Positions 9,167-23,131 of a stretch of DNA of 64,000 nucleotides are shown in pieces. The number at the start of each line of letters is the position of its first letter. Positions within the stretch are counted from its first letter, which is position 1. The stretch comes from Vulcanimicrobiota bacterium. GTDB taxonomy: Bacteria; Vulcanimicrobiota; Vulcanimicrobiia; Vulcanimicrobiales; Vulcanimicrobiaceae. Location: positions 448,001 to 512,000 of the forward strand of contig CAWHWQ010000005.1 of NCBI GenBank assembly GCA_963833095.1. The letters run 5' to 3'. Below the pieces are notes generated by a model that worked only from the letters and a program-made list of their open reading frames with translations, had not been told where the DNA came from and made no database searches. The translations under genes were made by a program, and so were the position numbers.

Positions 9167-9865
9167 ATGAACACCCTGCGGATGAGTCGTGAGGTTCACG
9201 TCTATTCGCATGGTTCGACGCTTGCAAAGTGGCGGCAGATCATCGAAATTGCGGCGCTGGTCGCTGCCGGGGTCTGGGCCTTCTACGTCTTCGTCTATAA
9301 AGAGCGCATCAAGCCCGCGGGCGAAGCCCCGAATATCCAGATCCTGCGCTCCGCCACGCACGAGGCGCTTCCCCGCGGCAAAGAACTCGTGACCGTCATC
9401 ATCACGCTGAAGAACATCGGAACGGCTAACGTGGAGATGGGCGGTCTCATCGTCAACGCCTATGGGATCCGCTACGGCGATCGGATCGACAGCGCAGCGC
9501 CCGCTACGCGCACAACCGGCCTTATGACGGCAAATCACGGGCTCGTGGATTCCAAGCCCGTGCTTCTCTACACCTACTCCGCGATTTGGATTCCACTCGG
9601 CTCAGCGCGTCCGTTCAAGATCCTCTCGGGCGACACGTTCACGATTCCAATGTCGTTCGTGATCCAGAGCGGCTCCTATGACACACTGCGTCTGAACTTT
9701 GCACGGTGCGATCAGCGCGCCGACAATCTGCTCGTCACGCGCTACCTGCCGCGGATTTTGAAAGACGGATCCTTCGACGTGTCCTCAATGATCGCGCAAG
9801 ACGGTGCGCATTCGGGGCTCGAGTGCGGCGGAACATTATATACGGGCGGAGAGTTCGCCCTGTAG
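9167..9865 (+). CDS. Hypothetical single-TM membrane protein
   Basis: TM helix IIEIAALVAAGVWAFYVFVY then a beta-rich domain; start uncertain (9167 or 9182). Confidence 0.7.
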   Translation: MNTLRMSREVHVYSHGSTLAKWRQIIEIAALVAAGVWAFYVFVYKERIKPAGEAPNIQILRSATHEALPRGKELVTVIITLKNIGTANVEMGGLIVNAYGIRYGDRIDSAAPATRTTGLMTANHGLVDSKPVLLYTYSAIWIPLGSARPFKILSGDTFTIPMSFVIQSGSYDTLRLNFARCDQRADNLLVTRYLPRILKDGSFDVSSMIAQDGAHSGLECGGTLYTGGEFAL

Positions 9866-9866
9866 C

Positions 9867-9941
9867 TCCACGCCCCGTTGCGCAGCCGCCGCAGGCGTGT
9901 ATCGTGGGTTTTGTATCAGGCCTGCAGACACATCGAAGCGC
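9867..9941 (+). repeat. Degenerate direct repeat of the 3' half of the ncRNA (about 9004-9079)
   Basis: 9912-9941 matches 9050-9079 at 27/30 nt; weaker similarity (CCAC..CGTTGCG.AG.CG..GTATCGT.GG) extends to about 9867. Confidence 0.8.
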
Positions 9942-9942
9942 G

Positions 9943-11028
9943 CTAGGCGTCGGCTTTATGTGCTTTGGGTTGCGTTTCGGCGCGGAGTTGACCGCACGCA
10001 GCCGCGATGTCGCGTCCCATATTCTTGCGCACCGTTGTCGGCACGCCGGCCTTGTCGAGCACCGCCGCAAATTGCCAGATGCGAGCGTCCGTTGTTCCAG
10101 CGAACGGGCCGTCGGGCGTCGTGTTATACGGAATTAAATTGACGTGATAGAGGTTGCCGCGCATCAACTCGGCGAGTTCGCGCGCGCATTCCAAGGAATC
10201 GTTGACCCCTTCGAGCATCACGTACTCGAAGAACACTTTGCGGTTGGTCTTCGCTACGTAGCGCTCGCACGCCGCCATCAATTCTTCCAATGGAAACTTC
10301 CGGTTGACCGGCATGAACGCACTGCGCACCCGGCCGTTCGGCGCATGTAGTGAGATCGCGAGATTGACTTGCAGACCCTCGTCGGCGAAGCGATCGATTT
10401 TGTCGACCAGTCCCACGGTTGAAATCGTGATATGACGATGTCCCAAACCCAAACCGTGCGGATCGTGGAGCAGGGCGACCGCTCCCATCACCGCGTCGTA
10501 ATTGTGGAAGGGCTCACCCATGCCCATGAACACGACGTTGGTGATTCGTTTGTCGCGCGTTGCAAGCTCGCGCGCAAAGTAGCGCGCTTGATCGAAGATT
10601 TCGCGCGAGGTTAGGTTGCGCGTGAATCCGGCCTGCCCGGTCGAGCAGAAGGCGCAGGCAAACGCGCAACCGGCTTGCGAGGAGATGCACACCGTGGTGC
10701 GGTCGCCGCGATGCTCCATCAGCACCGCTTCGACTTCGTTGCCGTCGTGCAGGCGGAACAGCCCTTTGGTGGTCTGCGCGTCGTTCGAGCGCTGGACCAC
10801 TACTGGTGCGACCGACGTAAAGGAGAAGCCGCGTTGCTCGAGCGTTTCGCGCAGTTCTTTGGGCAGCGTCGTTACGTCGCCGATCGCACCGAGCAGCTCC
10901 TTATTTGCGGCACGGTAGATCTGCTTGAGGCGATAGTTTTTGAGGTCGAGTGCGCGCGAGAAGTCATCCGCATCGGCGAAGCCGATATCACGCGCCACCT
11001 CGTCGAACCAAATGGTTTGGGCGTCCAT
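9943..11028 (-). CDS. rlmN: Dual-specificity RNA methyltransferase RlmN
   Basis: CISSQAGCAFACAFCSTG, FMGMGEP, ISTVG, SLHA, NLIPYN, DIAAACGQL. Confidence 0.94.
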   Translation of the reverse strand: MDAQTIWFDEVARDIGFADADDFSRALDLKNYRLKQIYRAANKELLGAIGDVTTLPKELRETLEQRGFSFTSVAPVVVQRSNDAQTTKGLFRLHDGNEVEAVLMEHRGDRTTVCISSQAGCAFACAFCSTGQAGFTRNLTSREIFDQARYFARELATRDKRITNVVFMGMGEPFHNYDAVMGAVALLHDPHGLGLGHRHITISTVGLVDKIDRFADEGLQVNLAISLHAPNGRVRSAFMPVNRKFPLEELMAACERYVAKTNRKVFFEYVMLEGVNDSLECARELAELMRGNLYHVNLIPYNTTPDGPFAGTTDARIWQFAAVLDKAGVPTTVRKNMGRDIAAACGQLRAETQPKAHKADA

Positions 11029-11036
11029 AGCGCCCC

Positions 11037-11045
11037 ATTATATCA
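11037..11045 (-). promoter_or_regulatory. Extended -10 element directly before rlmN
   Basis: TG-A-TATAAT-GGGGCGCT-ATG with no SD sequence. Confidence 0.55.
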
Positions 11046-11699
11046 GAAGAGGCTCGCTTGCTCAGGCGGCTGTTCCGGCATCACCGGCGCCTCGTCGATC
11101 TTGGTTCGAACGGCCTTGAGGTCCGCCCAAACCATGCGCTTGACCGCCGTGAGCTCTCCGCCCGTTTGGCGGAGCACGTAGGCCGGATGGAAGGTGACCA
11201 TCAACGGAATGCCTGCCGGCCCGTCATACCAACGTCCGCGCATCTTCGTTATTTGAAAGTCGCGACCGAGAAACGATTTTGCCGCGGGGGCGCCCAGCGC
11301 CATGATCACGCGCGGTTGGATGATGTCGATTTGTTCGTCGAGGAACGGACGGCAATTCGCCATCTCGGTCAAATCCGGCGCGCGGTTTTTGGGTCCGCGC
11401 GGACCCGGCATCGTGGGCCGGCATTTGACCGTGTTGCAGATGTAGACTTCCTCGCGCGCAAAGCCGATTGCCGCGAGCATCTTATCGAGCAGTTGGCCCG
11501 CGCGGCCCACGAACGGCCGACCGAGCAGATCTTCGGTCTCGCCTGGGCCTTCGCCGATCACCATCAAACTCGCGCACGGATCGCCTTCCCCATACACATT
11601 GTTGCGACGCTGCGATCCGATCTCGCACTTGCGACACGCCGCGGCGACGCCGGCGCCATGCGCGAGCAATCGCTCGCGCCGTGCGCGCTCCTCAAGCAT
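11043..11699 (-). CDS. Family 4 uracil-DNA glycosylase
   Basis: CRKC, GEGPG, GRPFVGRAGQLL, NTVKCRP, TFHPAY. Confidence 0.92.
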   Translation of the reverse strand: MLEERARRERLLAHGAGVAAACRKCEIGSQRRNNVYGEGDPCASLMVIGEGPGETEDLLGRPFVGRAGQLLDKMLAAIGFAREEVYICNTVKCRPTMPGPRGPKNRAPDLTEMANCRPFLDEQIDIIQPRVIMALGAPAAKSFLGRDFQITKMRGRWYDGPAGIPLMVTFHPAYVLRQTGGELTAVKRMVWADLKAVRTKIDEAPVMPEQPPEQASLF

Positions 11700-12048
11700 C
11701 GCCGGGTCCGTTCGGCACGGCCAGCACGGCTTCGCCGAAGGCAACGATCTTGCACGATCCGTCCGGACTTTCGCTGACGTGAAAACTGAGACCGATCACC
11801 GCGTTTGCCCCGACCTGGTTCGCGCGCGCGTAGATGCCCTCGAGCGCCTCCCCACGGAGTTGCTCGGCATCGCTGATGAACTCGCCCGGGGCGACGCCGA
11901 TCAGCATTCCAAGGCTGCGAAACGTCGCGCGAAGCCGGTTTCGCGGTCGCGACGCGACACCGGAGACATACCCGTAGCGCTTGACGATCTGATACCCTTC
12001 GAGTTCATCGAAGGTCACGACCGCCTCGGGCGCAATCATTCCCGTCAT
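11692..12048 (-). CDS. YbjQ/UPF0145 family protein
   Basis: VVTFDELEGYQI...GANAVIGL...VAFGEAV pattern; start at 12048 or 12039. Confidence 0.8.
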   Translation of the reverse strand: MTGMIAPEAVVTFDELEGYQIVKRYGYVSGVASRPRNRLRATFRSLGMLIGVAPGEFISDAEQLRGEALEGIYARANQVGANAVIGLSFHVSESPDGSCKIVAFGEAVLAVPNGPGDA

Positions 12049-13021
12049 GCCGCAGACTTCACCGTCGGTGCTCGTGATCCGCCTCGATGCGATCGGCGAT
12101 GCACTCGCTCTTACACCGCTGCTTGCTGCATTGCACGAACGCGCGATACCGGTGGATCTGCTGCTGCGAGCCGTCAACGCAGAGATCTTCTCCTCGCGGT
12201 CAATCCGTACGGTTTACGTAGCGCCTTTCTCACTGCGTTCGTCGACGCCCGAAAACCGCCGATCGATTGCCGCGTTTGGTTCGCAACTGCGCGAGCAGGC
12301 CTACGCCGATGTTCTGGTCGCGACCGAAGATCCCGGCGGCTACCGCTTAGCGCGCGCAATTGGGGCGCCGGCGCGCGTCGGCTTCGTCAACGGCTGGGGC
12401 AAGCCGCTCAAGACGTTGTGGGCGCGTTCGATGCTTACGCGTACCATCGTGCGCAGCGCGGGACTCGATCCCAAAGCGCCGCACGAGTGCGAGGTCCTGT
12501 GGAAGCTCGGCGAACGACTCGTGGGCAATGGTCCGATCCCGCGCGATCCGAGTGTCTTGCGCCCCCTCATTCTCGATCGCGACGTTGCGCGCAGCGACTA
12601 CGTCGCCTTTCAGGTAAGCGATAAATGGGAACGGCTCGGCATCGGCTTCGAGCAGGTCGTCAACGCGCTGCAAAATGTAGCAACGATCGGACCGGTGCGC
12701 GCGATTGCCGCCGCGCGCGAAAGCGACTACGCGCAACGTGTTGCCGAGGCGAGCGGTGTGCCGGTTGAATGCTACGCCTCGCTTGCGCCGTGGAAAGAGG
12801 CGATCGCAGGCGCCGCGACGCTCCTTGCGCCGGACAGTGGCGCCGTGCACGTCGCGGGGATGGTGGGAACGCCGACGGTCGCAATCTATCCGCCGATTCG
12901 CAATGTCGGTCTGCAAATCGCGCGTTGGGCGCCGTGGGCTGCGCCCTATCGCGCGGTCGTCGCCGAACAGGGTTGGCCCGAGCGCGTCGCGTCCGACGTC
13001 GCGGATTTGCTGCGCCGGTAA
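12047..13021 (+). CDS. GT9 (ADP-heptose:LPS heptosyltransferase-like) glycosyltransferase
   Basis: LVIRLDAIGDAL, DSGAVHVAGMVGTPTVAIY. Confidence 0.82.
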   Translation: MPQTSPSVLVIRLDAIGDALALTPLLAALHERAIPVDLLLRAVNAEIFSSRSIRTVYVAPFSLRSSTPENRRSIAAFGSQLREQAYADVLVATEDPGGYRLARAIGAPARVGFVNGWGKPLKTLWARSMLTRTIVRSAGLDPKAPHECEVLWKLGERLVGNGPIPRDPSVLRPLILDRDVARSDYVAFQVSDKWERLGIGFEQVVNALQNVATIGPVRAIAAARESDYAQRVAEASGVPVECYASLAPWKEAIAGAATLLAPDSGAVHVAGMVGTPTVAIYPPIRNVGLQIARWAPWAAPYRAVVAEQGWPERVASDVADLLRR

Positions 13022-14332
13022 AGCTCGATCGAGCCGCTCTTTTGCACAAGCGCGTAGTCGTGCGCGGCTACAAGTGCTTGCAGTTCGTCGCCATACTCTT
13101 GCAGCCGCGGCGAGTTGGGGAAGTCGCGATCGATCAACACATAACACGCATCCACCCGCGTACTGGAATTCTCCGGAAGCAGCGTCGCATTTGGATCGTC
13201 GAGCGCCAGGTGCGTGTATGCCTCCTCTTGTGTCGCAATTGAGGCATCGCGAGGAAGCGACGAAAGCATGGCATCGAGCGCAACATCTCTTGGCTGCCGT
13301 GCTCGCAGATTGAGCCCCGGATGGAGCGGATCAGCAACGGCAAGCTCGAGCACGCAGAGTACAATGCATGCCCAGAGCCAGCGCGTCGCTCGCGGTTCGG
13401 GGAGCTTGCGAACCGCAAAAGCGAAGGCCACGAGGACGTAGCCGAGCCACGCACCCGCGTAGTGCGTGCCGAGCGTGAAGGTCGTCGGCATGCGCGAGAG
13501 CAGCACCTCGGCTAGCGGCGGTAGCGCAAGCCACATAAAGCGGGATCGCCACGGCAAAAAGCCCAGTGGCGCAAAAACCAAGAGTAAGAAGCCGATGCGC
13601 TCGAACAGCCCTTGCGGAAAAAGCGCGCGCAGGTCGTCCGCGGTCCAGTCATAGAAGCGCGTCGGGGCCCAATGCGCATTTGCAATGCTATGCGGTTGAA
13701 TCTTAAAAAAGAACGCAAAGACGGTCATGACAGCGACGATCGCAATCCCAAGCGCAATCCGACCGGGTTGCGTGCCGCGAAAGCGCCACGCCCCAACCGC
13801 TGCGGCCACGCTGACGAAGAGCGCCTGATCTTCTTTGACAGCGATCGCCAGGAGCGCAAACGCCACCGTTGCGATCGCGTAGCCCGAGTCAAAGGCCCAT
13901 ATCATCCACGCGACCGCCGCGGGAGCAAGGCCGTTCTCGTGAAAGTCTACGAAGGCCAAGCCCGCCAGCGCCGGATACAGCGCTACGACCAGCGCCGACT
14001 GGCGCGCGATCGTTTTCCCGGTACGCCCTACGACCAAGGCGTAGACAGGCGGAATCACCAGCGCGCACGCTAGCGATTGGGTGGCGATCAGCACGATCGG
14101 CGAACGCCACACGAAGAGCGCGAGCCCGACGAGATACAGGATCGGCGAGAAGTGGAAAGCCCAGTGGCTGCCTTCGATCGGATTGCAAAAGCAGCCAAAC
14201 GCGCTCGCCGCCGTCTGCGCAAAGATCCCGAAGTCGACTAAGCTATGATGCGCCTGGTAACGAATCGTCCCAAGGAGCGTGAAAGCCGCCGCATAGAGCA
14301 GCGCCAGGATACCACGGAAATTTATCGCGCAC
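12946..14332 (-). CDS. DUF2079-like multi-TM (GT-C type) protein; probable 1-nt indel near the start
   Basis: Frame extends upstream of the track ORF (DFGIFAQ...HWAFHFSPILY); DFHE, KED, HY motifs; GTG at 14332 is one base out of frame. Confidence 0.75.
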
Positions 14333-15423
14333 GACGCGATTGCAGGTACGGCCAGATGAAGGAATCGATGTCGCCGTCGAGCACGCCCTGCGCGTTGCCG
14401 GTCTCAACGTTGGTCCGATGATCCTTCACCATTTGATAGGGCTGCAACACGTAGGACCGAATCTGCGAACCCCACTCGTTGGCAGCGCGTTCGCCGCGGA
14501 GCGCCGAGAGTTTCGCGTCGCGCTCTTCGATCGTTCGCTGCACCAGTTTGGCGCGCAGAATGCTCATCGCAACGTCACGGTTCTGCGCTTGCGAGCGCTC
14601 TTGCTGCGAGGCTACGATGATCCCTGACGGCTCGTGAATGATGCGCACGGCGGATTCGGTCTTGTTGACGTATTGGCCGCCGGCACCGCCCGATTTGAAG
14701 GTCTCCAAGCGCAGATCTTCGGGTTTGATCTCAACGCCGGGAGCCTCGCCGGCTTCGATTTCAGGAATCACGTCGACCGCCGAAAACGACGTATGCCGGC
14801 GGTGCGCCGCATCGAACGGCGAGAGACGTACGAGGCGATGCACGCCGCGTTCGCTTTCCAGCATGCCGTACGCGTTACGCCCGCGAACGAAAAACGTCAC
14901 CGACTTCAGCCCAGCTTCTTCGGCCTCCGACTCGTCGACGATCTGCGTTGAAAAGCCGCTGCGATCGGCCCAGCGCAAATACATGCGCAGCAGCATCGCG
15001 GTCCAATCCGCCGCATCGACGCCGCCTGCCCCGGCATTGATGCTTACGATGGCGCCGTGCGAATCGTACTCGCCGTCGAAGTTCGCCGCCATCTCGAGTT
15101 CTTCGATGGCCGCTGCCGCGCGTTCCAGAGTCGCGTCGACCTCGCGATCGACGCTTGGGTCGCCGGCAAAGAGTTCGAGCAGTTCGCGCCCGTCGGAGAG
15201 GGCGCGCTCGACTCCATCCATCCGGCCAATCTCGTCGCGAAGATCGGCCAGCTCTTTCATCGTGCGTTGCGCCCGGTCGGGATCATTCCAGAATTCCTCA
15301 TCGCGCGAATCGAGATCAAGCTCGCTGATCCGTCGCTCTTTGCCTACGTGGTCAAAGACGCTCCTTGAGCGCCGTAAGGCGGGCGCTCAGGCGGGTGATG
15401 GTGGTCTGGTGCGAGTCGCTCAT
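14322..15423 (-). CDS. prfB: Peptide chain release factor 2 with programmed +1 frameshift
   Basis: ORF0 MSDSHQ...KERL*; AAGGAG-CGT-CTTTGAC slip site; SPF motif, GGQ, WGSQIRSYV. Confidence 0.96.
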
Positions 15424-15520
15424 TGCGCACCGGGCATTCTCGCCACACGGCGCCCACCCTTGCTGTTTCGCCTTCTGCGCGTGATGGAGAAGCGAGCAAC
15501 ACAACGGAGGTTCACCCCAA

Positions 15521-16400
15521 ATGAACGTGCAGGATCGCCAGATGGATCCGATCTCACCGTTCCCGTCCCCGTTCAGCGGGGAATTCGCCGACGTAAGCGG
15601 CGTCGGTTATCCGAACAACCCCGGCTCCTATTATGGTTCGGGCGCGAACGGAGGCGATAGCATCACGAGCCTCATGCAGCAGATCCAGCAGGCCGAGCAG
15701 AGCTCTCCCCTCGGCAGCCCCATGGGCATGTCCTGGCCGATGAACACGCTTGGGATGTTCGGGCAGTTGGGATCGATGTTCCAGCAAATGTTCGGCGGGG
15801 AAGCCCTAACTACGGCAGCGAGCAGTACTATTCGAACGCGTCCGGCGGTTCGGTCGGTGATCCGCATCTCTCGTTCAACGGCAACACCTGGAACGACATG
15901 TCGAGTGAGCCGGATCTGTTGCACTCCGATTCAATCCGCGGTGGCTACCAGCTCTCTACGCAAACGACCGCGCCCAATGCAAACGGCGTAACCTACAATC
16001 AATCGGCAACGGTGACGTCGCACAACGGCGGAACGCAAGTAACCCTCAATAACAACGGGAACGCGACGATCGAGGAAAACGGCGTATCCTCGAATCTTTC
16101 GCCGGGCCAGACCGTACAAATGGGCAACGAAACGGTCACCCGCAACCAAGACGGCTCGCTGCAAATCACGAACACCAATCAAAACGGCGGTCAGATCACA
16201 ACCACGATGCGCCAAAACGGCGACGGCGTCGACGTCAACGTCTGCGCCAGCAACGTCGACTTGGGAGGCGCCATGGCCAACGGCTCAAATTCGAGTGAGC
16301 CTAGCCCGCAGCCGCCGTCACAACCCTCTCCGCGGCACCTGCCAATCGGTATTCGACCGATCAATCAGCCGCTCGAGCCGTACGGGCCGGCCACCTTCGA

Positions 16401-16404
<4 letters not shown>
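15521..16404 (+). CDS. Hypothetical Gly/Asn/Gln/Thr-rich protein with GDPH motif; one frameshift near 15805
   Basis: GGAGG SD before the ATG; two overlapping ORFs join into ...GGSVGDPHLSFNG... Confidence 0.6.
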
Positions 16405-19061
<2,657 letters not shown>

Positions 19062-19103
19062 AGGGGTGCTACTGGTTCTCCATGGGTGTTGGTGGCCCCT
19101 CAG

Positions 19104-21740
19104 CTAGGGTTCGGGGGCGCGGCTAGGGGCAGGGAGACGATAAACGTGCTGCCCTTCATTTTCTCTAGAACGCACGGTCAGGGCTCCCCGATGCACCTCG
19201 ACGATCTTTCGGGCGACGTATAGGCCGATTCCGGAGCCCGCGACCCCCTTGCGGCGCGCGTTGCTTGCCCGGCCGAAACGGGTGAAGACGGAGCCGAGCT
19301 CGTCCACCGGGATGCCGATGCCCCGGTCGGTTACTTCGATGATCGCTCGCGAGCCCTCGGAGCCGCACCGAAACGCGCGCCTCGTCGTTGGAATACTTCA
19401 GCGCGTTCGAGATCAGGTTGTCGATCACGTGGCGGAAACGCTGCGGATCGAGCTCGACCGGAATCGGCTCCACCGGCACGTCGACGATCAACGCGCGGAT
19501 TGTTCGGCGCGGTCGCGTCGACGCACTCGGCCACGAAACTCCCGAGATCCAGCACGCTGCGCGCGAGCGAAAACCCCTCGGACTGCGTCTGCGCGAGAAC
19601 GAGCGCGTCGTCGGACAGGCGGACCAGCCGCTGGGTCTGCGCGTGGATCGTTTCGATCTCTTCGTGGTGCTCGCGATCGCTTTCGCCGAGCAGTTCGCAG
19701 TACCCCAGGATGACGGTGAGCGGTCCCTTGAAGTCGTGCGCGAGCATCGCCAGGAGATCGTCCTTGAACTCGCTCGATTCTTGAAGCGCGTCGTTCGCTC
19801 GCGACGTCGCCTCGTAGAGTTCGATGTTGCGAAGCGCCAGAGCCAGCAGCGCACCGAGCTCTTGGAGCAGGCGCAGCTCCTCGCGCGTGAACCGCTCGCC
19901 CTCGAACTTTCCGACCAGCAGGAACGCGTCGATCGATTCGCTGCCCTGATCGGCCGACGTGCGCGAGAGCGGGATGACCACGTATCCCGGTCCGTCGATC
20001 AGGCGCTGCACGCGCCGTTCTTCGCTTGCGATACTCGTGAGGCGTTCGACGCGCTGCTCGAGATCGAAACCGCTCTCGTTGATCAGACGATCGACCGAAT
20101 CGCCGTAGACGCCGACCATGCGATATTCGGTCGCGTCCCATCGAAGGACGCAGGCGTTCGCGGCGTGCACGAGATTGACGCCGAGCCGGCACATGACGTC
20201 GGCCAGCGAGCCGAGGACGGTGTGGCTGAGAATCGTGCGCGCGGCCTCCGCGAGCGTTTCGCGCTCTTGCGCGCGGCGCAGTTCGCGTTCGTAGGCGCGC
20301 GCGTTCGATAGCGCGATCTCGAGGTGCGATCCGAGCGTGCGGAAGAACGTGACGCGTTCTTCGGGCGGCCATTCCAGTTCCGTCTCGGCCGATCGCACGA
20401 CCGTCATGCCCCACAAATTGCCGTCGAGGCGCAGCGGTACGATCGACGCCGCCGCGCCCGTCAAAGAGCGCGTTGCGAACCGAGCGCGGGAGCAGCGCCG
20501 CATCCGACGGTTCGTCGACTGCGAGAAACGGCTCGAGCTCGCGTCGCGGGACGCGCTCGTCAAAGCCGGCTCGACCGCTGGTCGCGCGTGCGAACCGCGC
20601 GTGCGCACCAGAAAGTCGCCCTCGAGCGTATATGCGGCGCAATCGACCGGAAGCTCGTGCGAGACGGTCACGACGAACACGAGCAGCACTTCGTCGACGT
20701 ACTGCGTGTCGCGCAGGATGCGCACGACGCGCTCGAGCGATTCGGCCTGCGCGCGGCGCGCGCGCTCGCGCTCGTAGAGGCGCGCGTTGGAGAGCGCTAG
20801 TCCGACGTGGAACGCCAGCGAACGAACCGCGGCCAAATCGCCGTCGTCGAACGCATCCGGCCGGTCGAACGAAAGAACGAGCGCGTCCTCGACTCGGCCG
20901 TCGACGACGAAAGGAACGGCCATCGCACTGTGCGCGCCGGGCGCCGTATATCTCCGTTCCGCCGATGTCCTCGCGGCGAACCGTAAGACCGCCGAATACT
21001 TTGCGCAAGTCGGCGTCGAGCGGTACGGACCCGGGCGCGACCGACGTCACGCCGCCGCCGACGGCCGCTGCCGCGACCGAGACGCGCTCGCCGTCGGGCG
21101 ACACGCTGATACACGATACAGCGGTCGGCGCCGAACGCCGCGCGCACGCCTTCGACGATGCCGAAAAGCACGTCGCGCCGGTCGAGCGATTTGTGCAAGC
21201 GCTCGTTGACCATCGCGAGCAGTCGACTGTCGCGCGATTGGCGTCGCGCCGAAAGCAGCGCCCGACCCATCTCGACGATGCGCGTCGCGACGTCGCAAAA
21301 GCTTTCTAGCGCCTCCAGTTCGCCTCGCGCGGGACGCCCGTCGACCGCGAGCACGAGCATGCCGAGCGCTCGCGGCCCGGCGATGAGCGGAACGAAGACG
21401 AGATCGAGAACGCCGACCGCCGGTGCTGACGCCGGCTAAGACGCGTTGCGCGTCGCGTTCGACGAACAACGCGCCCCCTTCGCCGAAGCGGGAGAGCGCG
21501 TGCAGAAAGAGGCGGCGAAGTTCGATCGATCCGTCACGCAGCGCGAAACCTGCCGAGCCCTCCGGGACCGTGCGCTTACGTTGCCGTCGTCGGAGAAGAG
21601 CAGCGCCGTCGCAGACGCCGCTTCAAGCGTCCCACGCGCACCGACGGCGATGGCCTCGGCCTTCGCCGCAAGCGTCGATGCATCGGTAAGGCGCGCGAGC
21701 GAGAGAACGGCTTCCCTCGATACGACGAAGGTTGCGAGGA
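19104..21740 (-). CDS. Multi-GAF sensor histidine kinase (several indels, start approximate)
   Basis: H-box LAHDFKGPLTVI, N-box NLISNALKYS, G-box GSGIGL; repeated ALSNARLYE GAF linkers. Confidence 0.85.
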
Positions 21741-22922
21741 ACGAGGCCGATTCCGGTCACCGCTCCAGGCGACGTGTACGTCGATCGTCGGGGCGACGTT
21801 CTTGCGAACCGTTGCAGGCGCGCGCCGCTTTGACCGCGCCCGCGGCCGCGAAGACGTAGAGTACGCCGAGCCCGGCCTTGCGTCGAGTCCGCGACGTAGA
21901 TCTGCCCGGCCGTATCGATCTTCACGTCGGTCGGCGCGTTCAGGTTCGTTTTCGGCCCGCAGATGCGGCGAATCGGAGCTATGTTGATGACGCCGTGCGT
22001 CGTCGGGATGGAAGACCAGAATCGCCGGGCTGCTTTCCAAGTGCGACTGTTGCCTTGATCCGAGACGTAGATGTTGCAGCTCGAGTCGACCGCGATACCC
22101 GTCGGCGTACGAGCCGCTGTTCGGACCGGTAATGATGAAGTTCGGCTTGAGGTTGAGCGGCGTCGCGTCGGCGACGGCGGACGGAGATCGGCGGTCGTCG
22201 GTCGGCGTCGGTCGGGCGTCGGAGACGGCGACGGCGAGGCGGTCGGCGAGCCGTTCGGCGTCGGACCGGCGTCGGCAGATGAACTTCTCACGGAGCCGAC
22301 CGACGACGCCCTGCAGGTTCGTCACGTAGAGATGTGCATCGGTTTTGGGAGTCGAAGGCGACGCCGGAAGGCACGTTCAGTGCGTATTCGCCGGCCGGCG
22401 ATCTGATCGTACGACGAGCAAGACCGCCGATGAAGAGTTGGACGCTGTTGAATTCGGCCGACTGAGGGATCGACGATCGCAATGGCCAGCACGCCGGATG
22501 ACCATCAAGCGTCTCCGCAAAGGTGTATAGGATCGCGATGCCGCGCGGGCGGCGCCGTCAGCCCGAACGCCGGTAGCGGCATCACGTTGCCGGTTGCCAG
22601 GGCCTCGAACTCGACGATCGCGCCGCTTGCGACTGCTTGATCGAAGTTGGTGACCCAGAGATTATTCGTGCTATCGAAGGCGAGGTACTGCGGGCCGGCA
22701 TGCGTCTGCTAGCCGCCGATTTGATAGAGCCGGCCTGCCGGTCCCTTCTGGATTCGACCGGTGAAAATGCTGATGGCGTTCTGCGCTGTTGGTCGCGTAG
22801 AACGAGTCCGTGACGGGAAGTTCGGGCCGACGATCGACTGGGTAGCGTTCGGCGAGCTGCACGCCGCAATGGCGATGACCGTACTAACTCACGATAAAAC
22901 CTATAGACAGCCTAGGCAGCAT
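21740..22922 (-). CDS. Lipoprotein with NHL/beta-propeller-like repeats and a Pro/Ser/Thr linker (several indels)
   Basis: AGGAG SD, MLPRLSIGFIV...IAAC lipobox; PSGVAFDSQN, PTGIAVDSSCNIYV, PTDVKIDTAGQIYVAD repeats. Confidence 0.6.
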
Positions 22923-23125
22923 TCTCTCTCCTGAAGGGTGGAACCGGTCCCTGGTTCCCCTAGCGGGCCACGTTTCCTGGCCGTAACCCGGCCATGGGAG
23001 CGGAAGATCAGCCAGGACGCCGGCCACGAGCGCCACGAGAAGCACCACGATGACGACAAAAGTCGGACGCGCCGGCGTACGAAGGCCGGCCGGCTGGACT
23101 CGGTATCGATGATTTGTCGGGGCAT
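22901..23125 (-). CDS. Small hypothetical membrane protein (indels)
   Basis: MPRQIIDTESSRPAFVRRR followed by a TM stretch VVIVVLLVALVAGV in the adjacent frame. Confidence 0.45.
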   Translation of the reverse strand: MPRQIIDTESSRPAFVRRRVRLLSSSWCFSWRSWPASWLIFRSHGRVTARKRGPLGEPGTGSTLQERECCLGCL

Positions 23126-23131
23126 ACGACG

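Noticed and set aside
9772..9783. CTTCGACGTGTC as the 5' arm of a second full RNA copy
   Set aside because: Only 11/12 complementary to the repeat, lies in coding sequence, and the rest of the 5' half is not recognisable
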